NCBI GenBank assembly: GCA_038087875.1
Contig: CM075984.1
Span: 3,162,001 to 3,226,000 of the forward strand
Length of the DNA: 64,000 bases
Reading direction: 5' to 3'
From: Malacoraja senta
Taxonomy: Eukaryota
Shown: positions 12,871-27,300 of the stretch, in pieces
How positions within the stretch are numbered: position 1 is the first letter of the stretch
Layout: each line of letters begins with the position of its first letter
The notes under the pieces: model-generated
Seen by the model: the letters and a program-made list of their open reading frames with translations, nothing else
What the model was told of the DNA's origin: nothing
Databases searched by the model: none
Made by a program: the position numbers and the translations under genes

Positions 12871-15328
12871 TCAGGGAAAATCAGATCTTTGAGGTGGAGA
12901 GAATTGTATGACATCAGTAGCTCTCAATAGTAATCTCTGGTTAGATTTTGAAATCACTGAAGGGTCAGCGTAACTATATGCCTTGTACTTCCATGACTTT
13001 GCTTTGGATGTAGCTGTGGGACTTGTACATCCGTTCCGTTCTGCAGCAGCACTTTTGATATTGGGATCAACAGCATGAAAAGATTCTTGCAAATCCCCAC
13101 ACCGGTTAGTTCCATTCACTAATTCCTTCGGCTGGCTGCAGAGGTCTGCATGTTGATCACTTTCTGCTACGGCCGTGACAACTGGCTGCCGTTTTTGTGG
13201 ATTCTCCATCAGCTTTTGCTTTTTGTACAAGCCAGAGAGTGACTCAGGATTCCCAGTTTGTAAGGTTGTTGCCAGTGCGATTTCTGATCGTGTTTCTGAA
13301 GGTTGGTGCTCCTGGCCAACTCTGAGCGGCACAACTGTGTGGCCCGAGTCACTGGACTGACAGGGAATATTTCTGCACTGATTATCCTTTTTCTTTTCTG
13401 TTGACTGGGTCTCTGGCAGTGTTTGGATTTTGTTTGAGGATCCTGACTCTGAGTTTGGTTCAATTCTCTTCAGCTTTTGCTTTTCATGTGGGTCAGTGAA
13501 TAGCTGCAGACTTCTGATTTGTGATTTGCCAGTTTCCTCCGAGTTCACCCTTTGAACTTGCAGACATTGTCCTTGCAGTACATGTGTGCGGTGCGTGGCG
13601 GTGATGACTAATTCTCCAGTGCATTTCTTTCGTGTATCATCATCATCTATTCCTAGCAATTCATTGTGAGGAAAGGGAATTCTAGGAGCAGGCTCTGAAT
13701 TCTGTGTGGTTTCATCCACTGATTGATTTTCACTCAAGTTGACAAATGGGTTGAAGTGTTTCATTTGTGAGATTGTATTTTTCACCAGTTTTGTATCTGT
13801 TTGTGGAGAATGTTCCTTTGTCATGGCATCATGATCTTTAACGCCATTAGCCAACTCATTGGGCTGACTGAGCATGTATTTATACCGTTGGTCATCTTGT
13901 TTGATTTCATGCTGTTTATCATTCGGCAATGTTAGAGTTTCATTAGTGAATGTGGATTTTGGTTTTTGTAAAGGATCTTTTAGTGTTTGTGTCTTAGATG
14001 TGTCAGAAACTAATTCTGGGCTAGATTTTGTTGTTTCCTCTTTATTTTCTGTCACTCTTTGTTGTGGATTTTCCTCTGTGTTATTTTTAATAGATAAAAG
14101 ATCTTCAGTGACTTGCAATAAACAGTGCTGGCCACCATTAGTTACGATATTAGGAAAGTCAATAACTTTAGGTTTATTGCTTTCTCTTCTTGGAGGTGTC
14201 CTTGTTCTTTCATTATATCCAATAGTCTGGAACTTATTTTCTTGGATATTGGTTATAATAGATGGATTTTTTTCTGAAATACTCAATGAAGAGTTTGTAA
14301 TTATTTCTTGTGAAGGAAGCTTTTGATTTCTACTTGGAGCAAAATGTACATTTTGTCCACTGTTTTCATCCACATCACTAGTGATTGATTTTGTCAGCTT
14401 ACATTTAGTCTGGTGATCAACTTGGATACCCGTATTTGGATATAATACTTCAGCAACTGTTTGCCCAGATGGTTCAGGTGAAGTAATGTGTTTGTGGTGG
14501 TTTGGAGAATCCAGTTGCATATGCATATCTCTTTCTCCGACAGGCTCTGAATATGCGTCATTGGATTCCTTTGTATAAATTGGATGTTTCCCAGTAGAGT
14601 GCACAGTGTTTGAATAAAGATCTGTGGTGCCGTTTTCGATATATGATTGTTTCAGAGTAGCATCTTCATTTTTAATGGGTTCACATTTTCGTTGAATTAC
14701 TAAATCAATAGTTTTGTGCACTTTGGTCAAGTTGATGCATCCATTATTTCCTGTTGGAAGTTCAGGAATGGTAGTGTGAGGCTGTGGAACAGTGTGACAT
14801 CCAGCTGTAACATCATTTTCACTCATTGGTTTTCCAAGACTACCATCTACCTTTAGAATTTTTGCACTTTTACATGTTTGTTCAGCCAGCAAGTCCATAA
14901 GGTTTTGCATTTTGGTGAAACATGTATCTCCTTTACCCACTGTGGTAAAATTGACTGCTCCATTCTGAGAATCTGCAGTGGTGTTAGTTTGTTTTGAAAT
15001 TCTATTTGTCTTGGACTCGGGAAGTTCCAGCTTCTCCAGTTTATCTTGAAAACCAATCTTTGTAAACCTTGACTGGAGGAGCTGAAATTTAGTTGGCCGG
15101 GGTTTTCCATCGGTTTTTGCTTTAGTGCTGGGTGGTGTTGTAACAAATATGTTCGTTAACCCGACCGACTTTTCCGTGCTTGTTTCCTTCACCTTTTCCA
15201 GATGAGCTATGTAATTGATCAAATTATTAATCTCATCTGACGTACGTTTGTTCACAAACATCCTGGCAATTTGATGTACATCTGTAGACTCATTTATTGG
15301 ATTGTGATCTGCACGGAGACACAAGGAT
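12871..15328 (-). CDS. ADPRHL1: ADPRHL1-like exon 8: large, probably disordered C-terminal extension (~818 aa)
   Basis: 2.5-kb uninterrupted non-repeat ORF; ttgttgcag|A acceptor in phase 2 matches the exon-7 donor (CG+A=Arg); S/T/Q/E/K/N-rich. Confidence 0.82.
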
Positions 15329-18300
15329 CTGCAACAAAATAATGTTTTTGTTCTGAAAATACCAATAAGGATCAAATGATCAATATTTTAGGAAAATATG
15401 GAAAGATGAACACAAGAAGTAGAACAAAAAAAACTGGATTTTTCTGCAAATAAAAGGTTTGCTGGGGGCGAGTTGTGAATGGTGGGGATGGGGAGTGATT
15501 TAGATCTCAGGCATGACTATAGAATGGTAAATAAAGATTACTGATGAAAACGTAAGTGCCATGTTAACTTGACATCAGCAAGAGAATCTTGAAAGTTTTG
15601 CAGGACTGTTAGATATTTCTTCATACTGGTTTACTATTGTGAATTCCCATTATAAACATTTCATGGGGATTTATGCAAATACCTTTTAGCTTTAGAGATA
15701 CAGCGTGGAAACGGACCCTTCGGCCCAGCGAGTCAACACCAACCAGCGATCCCCGCACACTAACTTTACCCTACACACACTAGGGACAATTTTACAATTT
15801 TACACCAAGCCAATTAACCCACAAGCCTGTACGTCTTTGGAGTGTGGAAGGAAACTGAAGATCTCGGAGAAAACCCACCCAGGTCATGGGGAGAACATAC
15901 AAACTCCGTACAGACAAGCAGCCGTACTAATTTCCTTCTGATTGTTAATACTATTTTAGAATATATATTGACCATCCCTAGGAGCATGTAAATATGTGCA
16001 CAGGGTCCTGGTTGGAACGTACTTAACGGTACATGAACAGATGAAAGTAATTATCCATTAAGACATATCAGGAAAGTTACATTAAAACTGCTACAAATAA
16101 CTGTGCCAGCTGTCAAATATGTATGCCACAAAAAATGTATTATTTAGTTTTAGCTTCAAACGTTGAATGAGTTCCATGCCAGTTGAACTTACCGATCTGC
16201 AGTAGCAATGTGGTATAGTTGTCTCCCTAGCAGTTCAAGGTGTCCTTTGAACTCTAGGTTCTTGTAAAGACCCGTTGGAACATTGTCAAATCCGAAGAGA
16301 ATTCCATACAGACATCCTGCAATGGCACCTGTTGCATCACTCTCTCCTATAATAGAGACACAGCATAAAGCACAACAAGAAATTATTAACTCTGATGTGC
16401 CCAAAAAATTATGAATTGTATAACAGTGTCTGATGTCTGAGTGAGGAATCAATCTATTCCAGCACAAGCATTTTTTGTGGTTATATATTTATATTAAAAT
16501 GATGATCGTTTAGAAAGGGTTCACCAATTTTTTAATCGAGGTAAAATTTGGATATTCATCACTTGGTGAAATTCATTATTATATGGTAAAAGACCAAAGC
16601 AAATTCTCCAAGGCACCCATAACATTAATTCTAGATAGACACAAAAAGCTGGAGTAACACAGGCAGCATCTCTGGAGAGAAGGAATGGGTGATGTTTCGG
16701 GTCGAGACCCTTCTTCAGAGTGAGAGCCAGGGGAAAGGGAAACTAGAGAAACAGAAGCGTACTAAGAGAATGTAATGTGTGAAAAGGACAGATCAAAGCA
16801 GATGATGATCATTGAAATGTCTGAAGAAGGGTCTTGACACAAAATGTCACTGGTCTGTAGAAGGGTCACGACCCGAAACGTCACCCATTCCTTCTCTCCA
16901 GAGACGCTGCCTGTCCCGCTGAGTTACTCCAGCTTTGTGTCTATCTCCGGTTTAACCCAGCATCTGCAGTTCCTTCCGACACATTAATTCTAGAGTCAGG
17001 AGTAGATTATTTGTCAGACCCTCCTTATTTATATCTAGTTGGGATTTTCTATTGCTGTTATCTATCTGCTTGACTTGAGCCAAATTGTTGACGATTTCGG
17101 CAAATATTCACCCAACTGTGACAAATTCAAAATTCTAATCAATTCTTACCACGGTGAAACATTGCTGAATAGCACATCTTCTTCCAGTCACTACCAGCAA
17201 ACAGGAGTGCATCATAAGCAATCAATGTTGTCTCAAGCCCCTTATCCTTCCCAGTTGATTCCGAACACCAGTGTCTGAACAGCTGTCAGTTATAAAAAAA
17301 ATCCAGCTGTCATTTTCAATCAGGAGCTCCTTTCAAATTGTCACCTATTCATAGTAACCTAACATGATGCAATAATATTTCCTGCAGTCAATACTTCTCT
17401 TATGTTCTGTTTTTAGAAGGAGATAAAGTACATCTACTGGTATCAAATCTGTTACAGATGCAAGAGGTTTATAAATGATTATGCAGTTTAACAATGTAGG
17501 CCTAGAAATTGGATCACATGGGTTTGTATTGGAAAGTTGATGCAAACAAGCACAAACCCAATGTGGTGGGTGACAAAAGCACAGAAACTCAGCACCAGAA
17601 ATTTCCCACCTTCTATATCCATTTTGATTTTTTTTCCCCCGTTATTTCTGTAGGCTCTTTCTAAATGCAAATGTTATTAAACCCTTTGTGAAAATGAACA
17701 TTCACAGACTGCAGCATTGCTGCTTGCATTTAACAGTCAAACTTATGGCCATTAAGATGCTACCTTAATGGTAACTTTACATAGAAAAATAGGTGCAGGA
17801 GAAGACCGTTTGGCCCTTTGAGCCATTCAATATGATCATGGCTGATCATCTAAAATCTGTACCCCGTTCCAGCTTTTCCCCCATATCTCTTGATTTCTTT
17901 AGCACTAACAGCTAAATCTAACTCTCTTGAAAACATCCAGTGAATTGAGCTCCACTGCCTACTGTGGCAGAGAATTCCACAGATTCACAACTCTCTGGGT
18001 GAAAATGTTTTTCCTCATCTCAGTCCTAAATGGTCTGTCTACCCCTTATTCTTAAACTGTGACCCCTGGTTCTGGACTCCCCCAACATCGGGAACATTTT
18101 TCTTTCATCTAACCTATCCAATCCCTTAAGAATTATATATATTTCTGTAAGATAACCGCTCATCCTTCTAAATTTCAATGAATACAAGCCCAGTTGACCC
18201 ATTCTTTCATCATATGTCAGTCCCGCCATCCTGGGAATTAACCTGGTGAACCTACTCTGCACTCCCTCAATAGCAATAATGTCCTTCCTCAAATTAGGAG

Positions 18301-21300
18301 ACCAAAACTGCACACAATACTCCAGGTGCGGTCTCACCAGGACCCTGTACACCTGTAGTAGGACCTCCTTGCTCCTAAACTCAAATCCTTGCAATGAAAG
18401 CCAACATGCCTGCTGTACCTGCATGCTTACTTTCAGTGACTGATGTACAAGCACACCCAGGTCTCGTTGAACCTCCCCTTTTCCCAATCTGACACCATTC
18501 AGATAATCATTTTGAAGAAGGGTCTCGACACAAAACTTCACCCATTCCTTCTCTCCAGAAATGCTGCCTGTCCTGCTGAGTTACTCCAGCATTTGACCAT
18601 TCAGATAATAATCTGCCTTCCTGTTCTTGCCAACCTCACATTTATTCACATACTGCATTTGCCCACACCCAACCTATCCAAGTCACCCTGCAGCCTCATA
18701 GCATCCTCCTCGCAGCTCACACTGCCGCCCAGCTTTGTGTCGTCCACAAACTTGGAGATGTCACTGACATTTAATTCCCTCGTCTAAATCGTCAATAAAT
18801 ATTGTAATTAACTGGGGTCCCAGCACCATGCCTTGCGGCACCCCACTAGTCACTGTCTGCCATTCTGAAAAGGACCCGTTAATTCCTACTCTTTGCTTCC
18901 TGTCTGCCAACCAGTTCTCTATCCATGTCAATACCCTACCCCCAATACCATGTGCTCTAATTTTGCACTCTAATCTCTTGTGTGGGACCTTGTCAAAGGC
19001 TTTTTAAAAGTCCAGATACACCACATCCACTGGCTCTCCCTTATCAATTCTACTTTTTACATCCTCAAAATATTCCAGAAGATTAGTCAAGGATGATTTC
19101 CCCTTCACAAATCCATGCTGACTTTGACCAATCTCGTCTGCTTTCTAAATGCGCTGTTATTACTTCTTTAATAATTGACCAGCATCTTCCCCACTACTGA
19201 TATAAGGCTAACTGGTCTATAATTCCCCGTTTCCTCTCTCCCTCCTTTCTTAAAAAGTAGGGTTACATTGGCTACCTTCCAGTCCACAGGAACTGATCCA
19301 GAGTTGCGAGAACATTGGAAAATGATCACCAATGCATCCACGATTTCCAGGGCCATCTCCTCGAGTACTCTGGGATGTAGACCATCAGGCCCTGAGGATA
19401 TATCTGCCTTCAGTCCCAACAGTTTACCTAACACCATTTCCTGACTAATGTGGATTCCCTTCAGTTCCTCCCTCCCACTAGATCCTCGATCCCGCAGTAT
19501 TTCTGGGAGATTGGTTCTGTCTTCACTAAGGAAGACACAAAGTACCCGAAACGTTGCCTATTTCCTTCGCTCCATAGATGCTGCCTGACCCGCTGAGTTT
19601 CTCCAGCATTTTTGTCTACTTGTTTAACTATTGTGCCATTTCCTTGTTTCTCCTAAATCTCTTTTAAATCTGTTTTACTTCTACAGGGAAGCAACAACAT
19701 CCCTCCGATGGCCTAATCACCCTTCCTACCCAACCCCCCATCTGAGGTTTTTTTTAGAAAAGTGCTAATTTTGACCTTAGCTATGTCACAAAGTTATGTT
19801 GATGAAGTGGAGAAGGGCTTAGATTATTCTGTCGGATTTCTCTACTGATGTCGGCATACGCGGCTTGAAAAGTCAATGTCAACCACTTAAATAGTGATAC
19901 TAAGAACCTTATTTCTTGTAAAGTAATGGGCCCAGATTATCCTGCCAGTGGCTGTGTTTCCTACTGACAAGGAAGTCCAGAGCTGCATGTGTAAAATCTT
20001 ACTTTTATTCAGAAAAATAATGGAAAATATTTTGACAGTTGATGTTCAGAAAGTCAAAAATCTTGCAGTATCAAAAAAAAATCAAACATTAAAAAAATAA
20101 TTCAACATTTGACTGCTAAATTTAATGGCTAAATAAATCATAAATGACTCATACTTGGCTCCACTTTGAAGTTAATTCTCTTCATAAAATCCATGAAGGT
20201 GCTATGTGAGAGAATTCCCACATAAATGCTGAGGCAATGCAGGAATTTTGCACTCATTTACTGGATTCCAAAGAAGCTGACTGGGGCAGCATGGTGGCAC
20301 AGCGGTAGAGTTGCTGCCTTACAGCTTTTACAGCTCCAGAGACCCGGGTTCCATCCCGACTAGGGGATGCGGAGTTTGTACGGAGTTTCTACGTTCTCCC
20401 CGTGACCACGTGGGTTTTCTGAGATCTTCGGATTCCTCCCTCACTCCAAAAACATTTGTAGGTTAATTGGCTTGGTATAAAATGTCGCTAGTGGGTGTAG
20501 GATAGTGTTAATGTGCGGGGATCGCTGCTCTGAGCAGTGACATTGAGGTCCAATTTTCAGGATGTTTGAGATGTTCTTGTTTGTGTATGCAGAAGTGAAA
20601 TCCTGAACATGAAACTTATGAAGGGAGTGGGACGAAAGGATAGTTATTCCACATATTACGACTGACATTTGAGGAAAATCTAGGCCATTAGTTGGATTTT
20701 AATCTTACAAATATTATTTTTGTTTGTGATGTAAAAGAAATTATGGTTCATCTTGCAAAGTCAACTTTTTTCCAAGATACAAAGATTTTTAGTGAGATGC
20801 TTTGAAAGTATTTAATAATTTAGATTTGCACATTATTTCATTATCAGATTATTTCTGACTCCAATCTTGCAAGTATACACAATATTAATGATTTTGTCAT
20901 TACAACGATGATGGAACTTCATATTAATACACAGTGGCACTGAAGACTGCAATTGTGTAGATAAATGCAGAAATACAGAAGTTGCTGTCAGTAATAACAT
21001 GTTGCACGAGAATTCTTCCAGTGGCCCAGTCTACTTCACCACATCACTGTGCTGGATACCAGACAACCACTACATAACACCAGAATGAAATGTACATCAA
21101 AAAGAACCCTCACTATCTTTAGAGCAGCTATCTTTGAACTCAGTGGGAGTAGCTAACATTTCACTGATGACTGCAAGATCCAGGCCAGTGGGAAATTTGT
21201 GTTTTGTTGAAGGGAGAAACGTTAGTGAAGATTCGCGGCAAAGTCACTGTGACTGAATCGTACCTCGTGCCAGTAATAAAGTCTGTTGGGACCTTGGTTT

Positions 21301-24300
21301 AACATCTTATCTCCTGGAGGTTGACGTCTGTAAAGTGCAGCAAAGTTTTAAATTTACTGATACATTAAAGCCTGATTTTACACTGATTTTACGGCAAAAT
21401 TGCTGTACCTGAGGTGAGCAATCATTTTGGGGGGTTGTTAAGTCTACGGCATTTCTACATTTAGGATTTGGTAACAGAAACATGAGAGGAGTCCAAAACT
21501 ACTTCATTTTTAATGGGACAAAGATAAATACGAAAATGTAAAGGCTGTAGGATGGCTCAAATGTATCTATTCTGTTCTGAATGAAACTGCAGGAATATCA
21601 AATACTCATGCAAACCCTATCTAGGACTTAGTGATTTAGTGTTTTTTTTATTTTCTCTTCCAGTTTTTTTTATTCCTGATAGCAGTAAAGTGTATGATGG
21701 ATACATATTCTAGGGCACTAGTGGGAGTTGCTTAGCAAAGCAGCTGAGCCCAGTATTATCTCTGCCAGGTGACTACATCTGCTTTCTACCAGGTAACTGA
21801 AATCCTGTATCAATATGTTTAAGAAGGAACTGCAGATGCTGGAAAATCGAAGGTAGACAAAAGTGCTGGAGAAATTCAGCGGGTGCAGCAGCATCTATGG
21901 AGCGAAGGAAATAGGCAACGTTTCGTGCCGAAACCCTTCTGAAACGTTGCCTATTTCCTTCGCTCAATAGATGCTGCTGCACCCACTGAGTCTCTCCAGC
22001 ACTTTTGTCTACCTCCTGTATCAATATCGCAGCAACACAAAAACTAACAGTAATGCTCTAATTTTGCCCTTACAGAAGCAGCCTGGGGTTTGGCCGGTGA
22101 TATTGCCACTGGCCCTTAACACGGCTTTAATTTGAAATGAAAATCTTAGAATATTTTCCTTTGGGGAAAAATAATCACCAACAATGTTGTCTTAATCTTA
22201 CGGAATTATTTAAATTAAATAAGGGGTAGTCAATGGCTTTACTAATCACAATATATGAGAAAATCTATGGAGACCCACCGCATCCGCGCCGACCAGTAAT
22301 CACCCCATCATACTAACATGATCCTACACACACTTGTGACCATTTACAATTTCCAGAAGCCAGTAAACCTGCAAACATGTACGTCTTTGGAGTGTGGGAG
22401 GAAACCGGAGCATCCGGAGAAAACCCATGCAGTCACGGGGAGAACGTATAGACTCTGTACAGACAGCTCCTGTAGTCAGGTTCAAACCTGGATTTCTGGC
22501 CCTGTAAGGCAGCAACTCTGCTGCCCCTTATGTGCCCTTCTGTGCACTGTGCCATTTGTGTGCAGAGCAAATACATGATCATGAGAGTGAACAGTTAATC
22601 ATGTCTCTCATTATTTTCTTCCTGCCACTTCCAAGCTCAGTAATTGCTCTAGGCTGCTCGATTTATGTAAACAAAAGTATGCAGAAAACAGGTCGGAGAT
22701 AAAATCACTCTAAGTTAATGCTGATTTTTTTGTTTCCTTTTTCATGAAAGAATTTGTCAAGAAATGCTTGTCATTTTAAAGGGTCTCTTGTCTAGTATAT
22801 TTGGGAGTTTGGAAACAAAGCAGTCAGTATTATCTTTGTCCCATTTTATCAATGATCAACTGCAATAATTTTTCAAACTAAAGATTTAAAATAAAGTACA
22901 ATAATCCATGCTACAGTCAATAGAATCCATGCTGCATCACAATTTTTAAATTGTCCCTTGTTCAAACATTTTTAAATATCACAGAATTTGCAGCCACTAG
23001 ACCCACTTTTTAGTTAAATTCCTTTTTGGGATCTTTGTGTCACTGGCAAAGCTGGCATTTATTACTCTTGGAAAAAGTAGTGCTGGGCAGCCTTCCTGAA
23101 CTACAGCAGTCCTGATGATCAACGATGACCAAAGACCTCATAAAATGTTTCCATGTCTGAGGCAAGGCCAGCAGCATAATCCAGGATGACTCTCACCCCA
23201 GTCACTCCCTCTTCTCCCCTCTCCCATCAGGCAAGAAGTATAGAAGTGTGAAAACGCACACCTCCAGATTCAGGGACAGTTTCTTCCCAGCTGTTGTGAG
23301 GCAACTGAACCATCCTACTACAACTAGAGAGCAGTCCCGAACTACTGTCTACCTTATTGGAGACCCTTGGACTATCTTTTATCGTATTTTACTGGACTTT
23401 ATCTGCACTAACATTATCCCGCATCTCTACACTATGGACAACTTGATTACAATTATATAGAGTATTTTCGTTGATTGGATAGCTCACAGCAAAAAAGCTT
23501 TTTACTGTACCCTGGTACATGTGACAATAATAAACTAAGCTAAGGTTGCAGGTTTGTGAGATGCTGCCAGAAATAGCTTGAATATGTGGTGTAGTTTGGT
23601 TGCATGCTACTCCATCAATGTTGTTCCTGTGTATCCATCCCTCCTGGTGGTCTAGGTTTGCTGATATAGTACAAGGTACTCATGTGTGGTTCACTAATAG
23701 CCACGATACCTTCTCATTTCACTTTGACTCCCTTTGATGAATTGACTAAAAACCTCCTCTCTATATACTCCTTCAGCAGCCTTTATGTTGTCCTCCAATC
23801 TAATATCATGCCTTGTGATCTTTACTATGTTAAAAGATTCTGCATTTTTAAATTGAAATTGTATTTTTAGATCTTTTGTTTAAAGGTGATGTATTTTGGT
23901 TTTACATTCCATTAAATAGAGTAAATCATAGCTAGGAACAAAGTTTTATGAAAGGAAACCACTGTTGTGTTTGTAAATGCTGACATTTATATCTATGACA
24001 ATGGCAGCTGCAAGTACCATTGAAACAAACCATAACGTGTTCTGTAAAGAGACCTCAGACACAATGCAAATGACCAGGCATAATTATGTCAAATAATTTA
24101 TCCATCATCTTAAGACATCCGGTGGCGCTGTAAGCTGGCTGCCTCCGCCTTCAGTCTGGTATCTTATTTATTATGTTTAAAGTATGTTTTTTGTTTTTTG
24201 TTGTTGTTTTATGTGGGGGGGGAAGAGGGTACGGTAAGGGGGAAACCGTCCTTCAGTCGCTTCTTGGGGAGGATGCGACTATTATTCGAGTCGCGTCCTC

Positions 24301-27300
24301 GCCCCCCCCCCCCGCCCCGCCCCCGGCCTACCTACTGGATTGGCGCGGCCTTTCCTGCCGGGACCGACCAGAGCTCCAGCAGCGGCGGTGCAGTGCTGGA
24401 TACATCGTGGAGCGGGCGATGACTCACCTGGGATCGCCGTTTGGAGCTCCGGAGTGTTGGGCCTGCTGCATCGACATCGCGGAGCTGTGGTTCGTGGAGC
24501 TCCCAACGCGGGCGGCGCTGACCAACATCGCGGAGTCCTGCGACCCTTTGTCGGGGGTCGCCAGCGTGAATATCCGCCCAGCTCGGCCTGTGGACTTCGG
24601 GAGCCGCGGACTCCGGTGGGAGGTGGCCGCTGAAGATGTTCTCCCGTTCGACGTCGGGGTTCCATCATTGTGACACGCTCCCCCTCCTGGTCAATGTTGT
24701 GTGTTAACCTCTGTTTCTTCCCCAAGTGCAGGCTGGAAGGATCCTGTACCTGATTGGCCAGGCTGCGTCAGGTGACGGCTGACTCATCCCCAGTATAAAT
24801 GGAAGATTTCCCAGAGTTCTCTCTCTTTCGGTGACGACCCTGCCTCGTGAGGTTGTGCTGGTGTGAGCTGTGAAAGGCCCGGCCACATGGCATAGAACTT
24901 TGTGTAATTCCATCATTACGTAGTACCAAATATTGAATTGGGTTGTCCTTAGACGTTATCGGTATTTTGTTTCAGGGATAGCTTTCTTTTAGGCAGGTTT
25001 AGAGCCTCGGGTTCGACGGTCCATCGCGTGACTGGCCTGAGCACCTTTAAGTTGTTTGTTAATGCATTCATCCTTGTCTGGGTTGTTGGAAGCAGGTTTG
25101 GGTTTTGGGGTGTAATCAATAATTAAACTATTTTTGAACGTAAACCTGGCTTTTGAATTGTGTTACGCGGCTGTGGATTGCCTGCTTTCGGGGAGTCGTA
25201 ACAAAATGGGGGCTCGTCCTAAGTTTTAAGAACCCTAGACGTTTGTGGGGGTTTTTTGGAGGGCTTCTGGACTGAAGAAGCCTGTGTGTGTTGTGAGGGA
25301 AATATTTATTTTCCCTGTTTAGGTAGCATTGGTGCCCAGGGTTTCGCTGGTGCTTTGGCTACATTTGAATTGAGACTTCTGGACTGAGGAAGTGTGTGTG
25401 TGTTGCTAAGGAAAGATATTTTTTCTCTTTCTGTGATAGCATTGGAGCCAGGGTTTGGCTGGTGCTTTGGCTACTTGGCTTTGAGGACCCTAGACAGTTT
25501 TGGGGTTTTTTTGGGGAGGCTTCTGGACTGAGGAAGTCTCTGTGTGTTGTGAGGGAGATTTTTCTTCCCTATTTGTGGTAGCATTGGTGCCCAGGGTTTA
25601 GCTGGTGCTTTGGCTACATTTGATATGGAGTCTAAATGGAAGGACTTTATTGTGGCTCCTAGTCGGGAGTTGTTTGAACGAGGTACGAAAGAGCATTTGA
25701 TTTTTCTGGCAGAGAATTATGAAGTGCCTATTGACCCACATGCAAAGAAACAGGTAATTAATTCGGTGTTGTGGGCTGCATTGGTGGACCGTGGGGTTTT
25801 GCCTGGTTGTCAGACAGTCCCACACCTTCCGGTCAGCCTGGTCAGAACATGGAGGCCGTAATTAAACTAAAGGAAATGGAGCTTGAGGCACGGAAAATGG
25901 AGCTTGAGACACGGAAAATAGAGCTGGCAATGGCTGCAGAGGAAACCAAGAGGGCGATTAGGCTGCGTGAGTTGGAATTGGATGCCTCCCGGGTTCCTTC
26001 TGGGGAACGGGAATTTAAAATGAGTAGGAACATCCGCCTGGTTCCCCCCTTTAGTGAGAAGGATGTGGACAAGTTTTTCACTGTGTTTGAACGGTTGACT
26101 TCGTCCTTGAAGTGGCCTAGGGATGTGTGGACCTTGCTAGTGCAGTGTGTCCTTGTAGGTAAAGCACGTGATGTGTACTCGTCTTTATCTGGTGGAAGCA
26201 GTCTGGACTATGAGAGTGAAGTCTACAATACTAAGGGCTTATGAATTAGTTCCAGAGGCGTACCGGCAGAAATTCCGGCGCTTTAGGAAGTTTGATAGTC
26301 AGACTTATGTGGAGTTTGCTAGGGAGAAGGAGGCACTTTTTGACAGGTGGTGCGCTTCTCAAGAAGTGAAGGATATTGGGCAACTGCGGGCCTTGATGAT
26401 TATGGAAGACTTTAAGAACTGTCTCCCTGAGAAGGTTACTACTTGCCTTAATGAGCAGAAGGTGAATGAGGTGTCTAAGGCCGCGGTGTTGGCAGATGAA
26501 TATGTATTGACTCATAAAACTGATTTTGTTGGGCGCTCCTATAGTTTTGGTGCACGGCCGGTTGATCATGGTGGTGTCGCCGGTGGCAGTGTCAAAGGTG
26601 TTTCTGTGCCTGCAAGTGGCAGCATGTTGGTACAGGAGGAAGTCCGAGCTGATAAGGTTGACGCAAATTGGAGGACTAACGAAGGTCCTGTGTGCTTCTA
26701 TTGTAAAGGGAAAGGGCACATTTCAAAGGGGTGTCCCGTTCTGAAGCAGAAAAAAGCAAAGACTGTGGTTTTGGTGGGTACACAGAAGGCACCTGTGGTA
26801 CATGAAGTGCCTAAGTCTGAGGAATGTAAGGATGATTCTGCGTTCATCAATAAGGGGTTTGTTTCTCTGGAGGATGGGACTGAGAGAGTTCCAGTATCCA
26901 TCTTGCGTGATACTGGTGTTACTCAGTCCTGTATATTGGATAGTGTACTGCCGTTTTCGGCGGAATCATCGGTTGGGTCAAGTGTCCATCTGATAGGTTT
27001 CGGGATGGAAGACATGGTAGTGCCTTTGCATACCGTGAGTCTCGAGTCCGAGTTGGTTTCAGGCCGGGTAACTGTTGGGTTACGGACATTTTTTCCCGTT
27101 GAGGGAGTTTCAGTAAGTTTGGGGAATGACTTGGCAGGAGATGGAGTTTTAGTTACTCCTGAGGTGATGGCTGTTCCGGTGGTGCAGAGTCCTGATAGAT
27201 TGGCTATGCAGCATCCGAGGGTCTTCGCAGCTTGTGCTGTCACGAGGGCTATGGCTAAGAGCCAGGCGAAGTTTGAGGATGTAGTGGACCTAAGTGAGAG

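Noticed and set aside
13874-14326. 150-aa antisense ORF within exon 8
   Set aside because: Shadow ORF of a long coding exon; no independent support.
15329-15375. N-terminus of the 834-aa ORF as a standalone intronless gene
   Set aside because: It begins at a non-ATG codon in intron sequence; a phase-matched acceptor at 15329/15328 links it to exon 7.
20283-20360. tRNA-like sequence
   Set aside because: It is a SINE head followed by SINE body, repeated across the window; not a tRNA gene.
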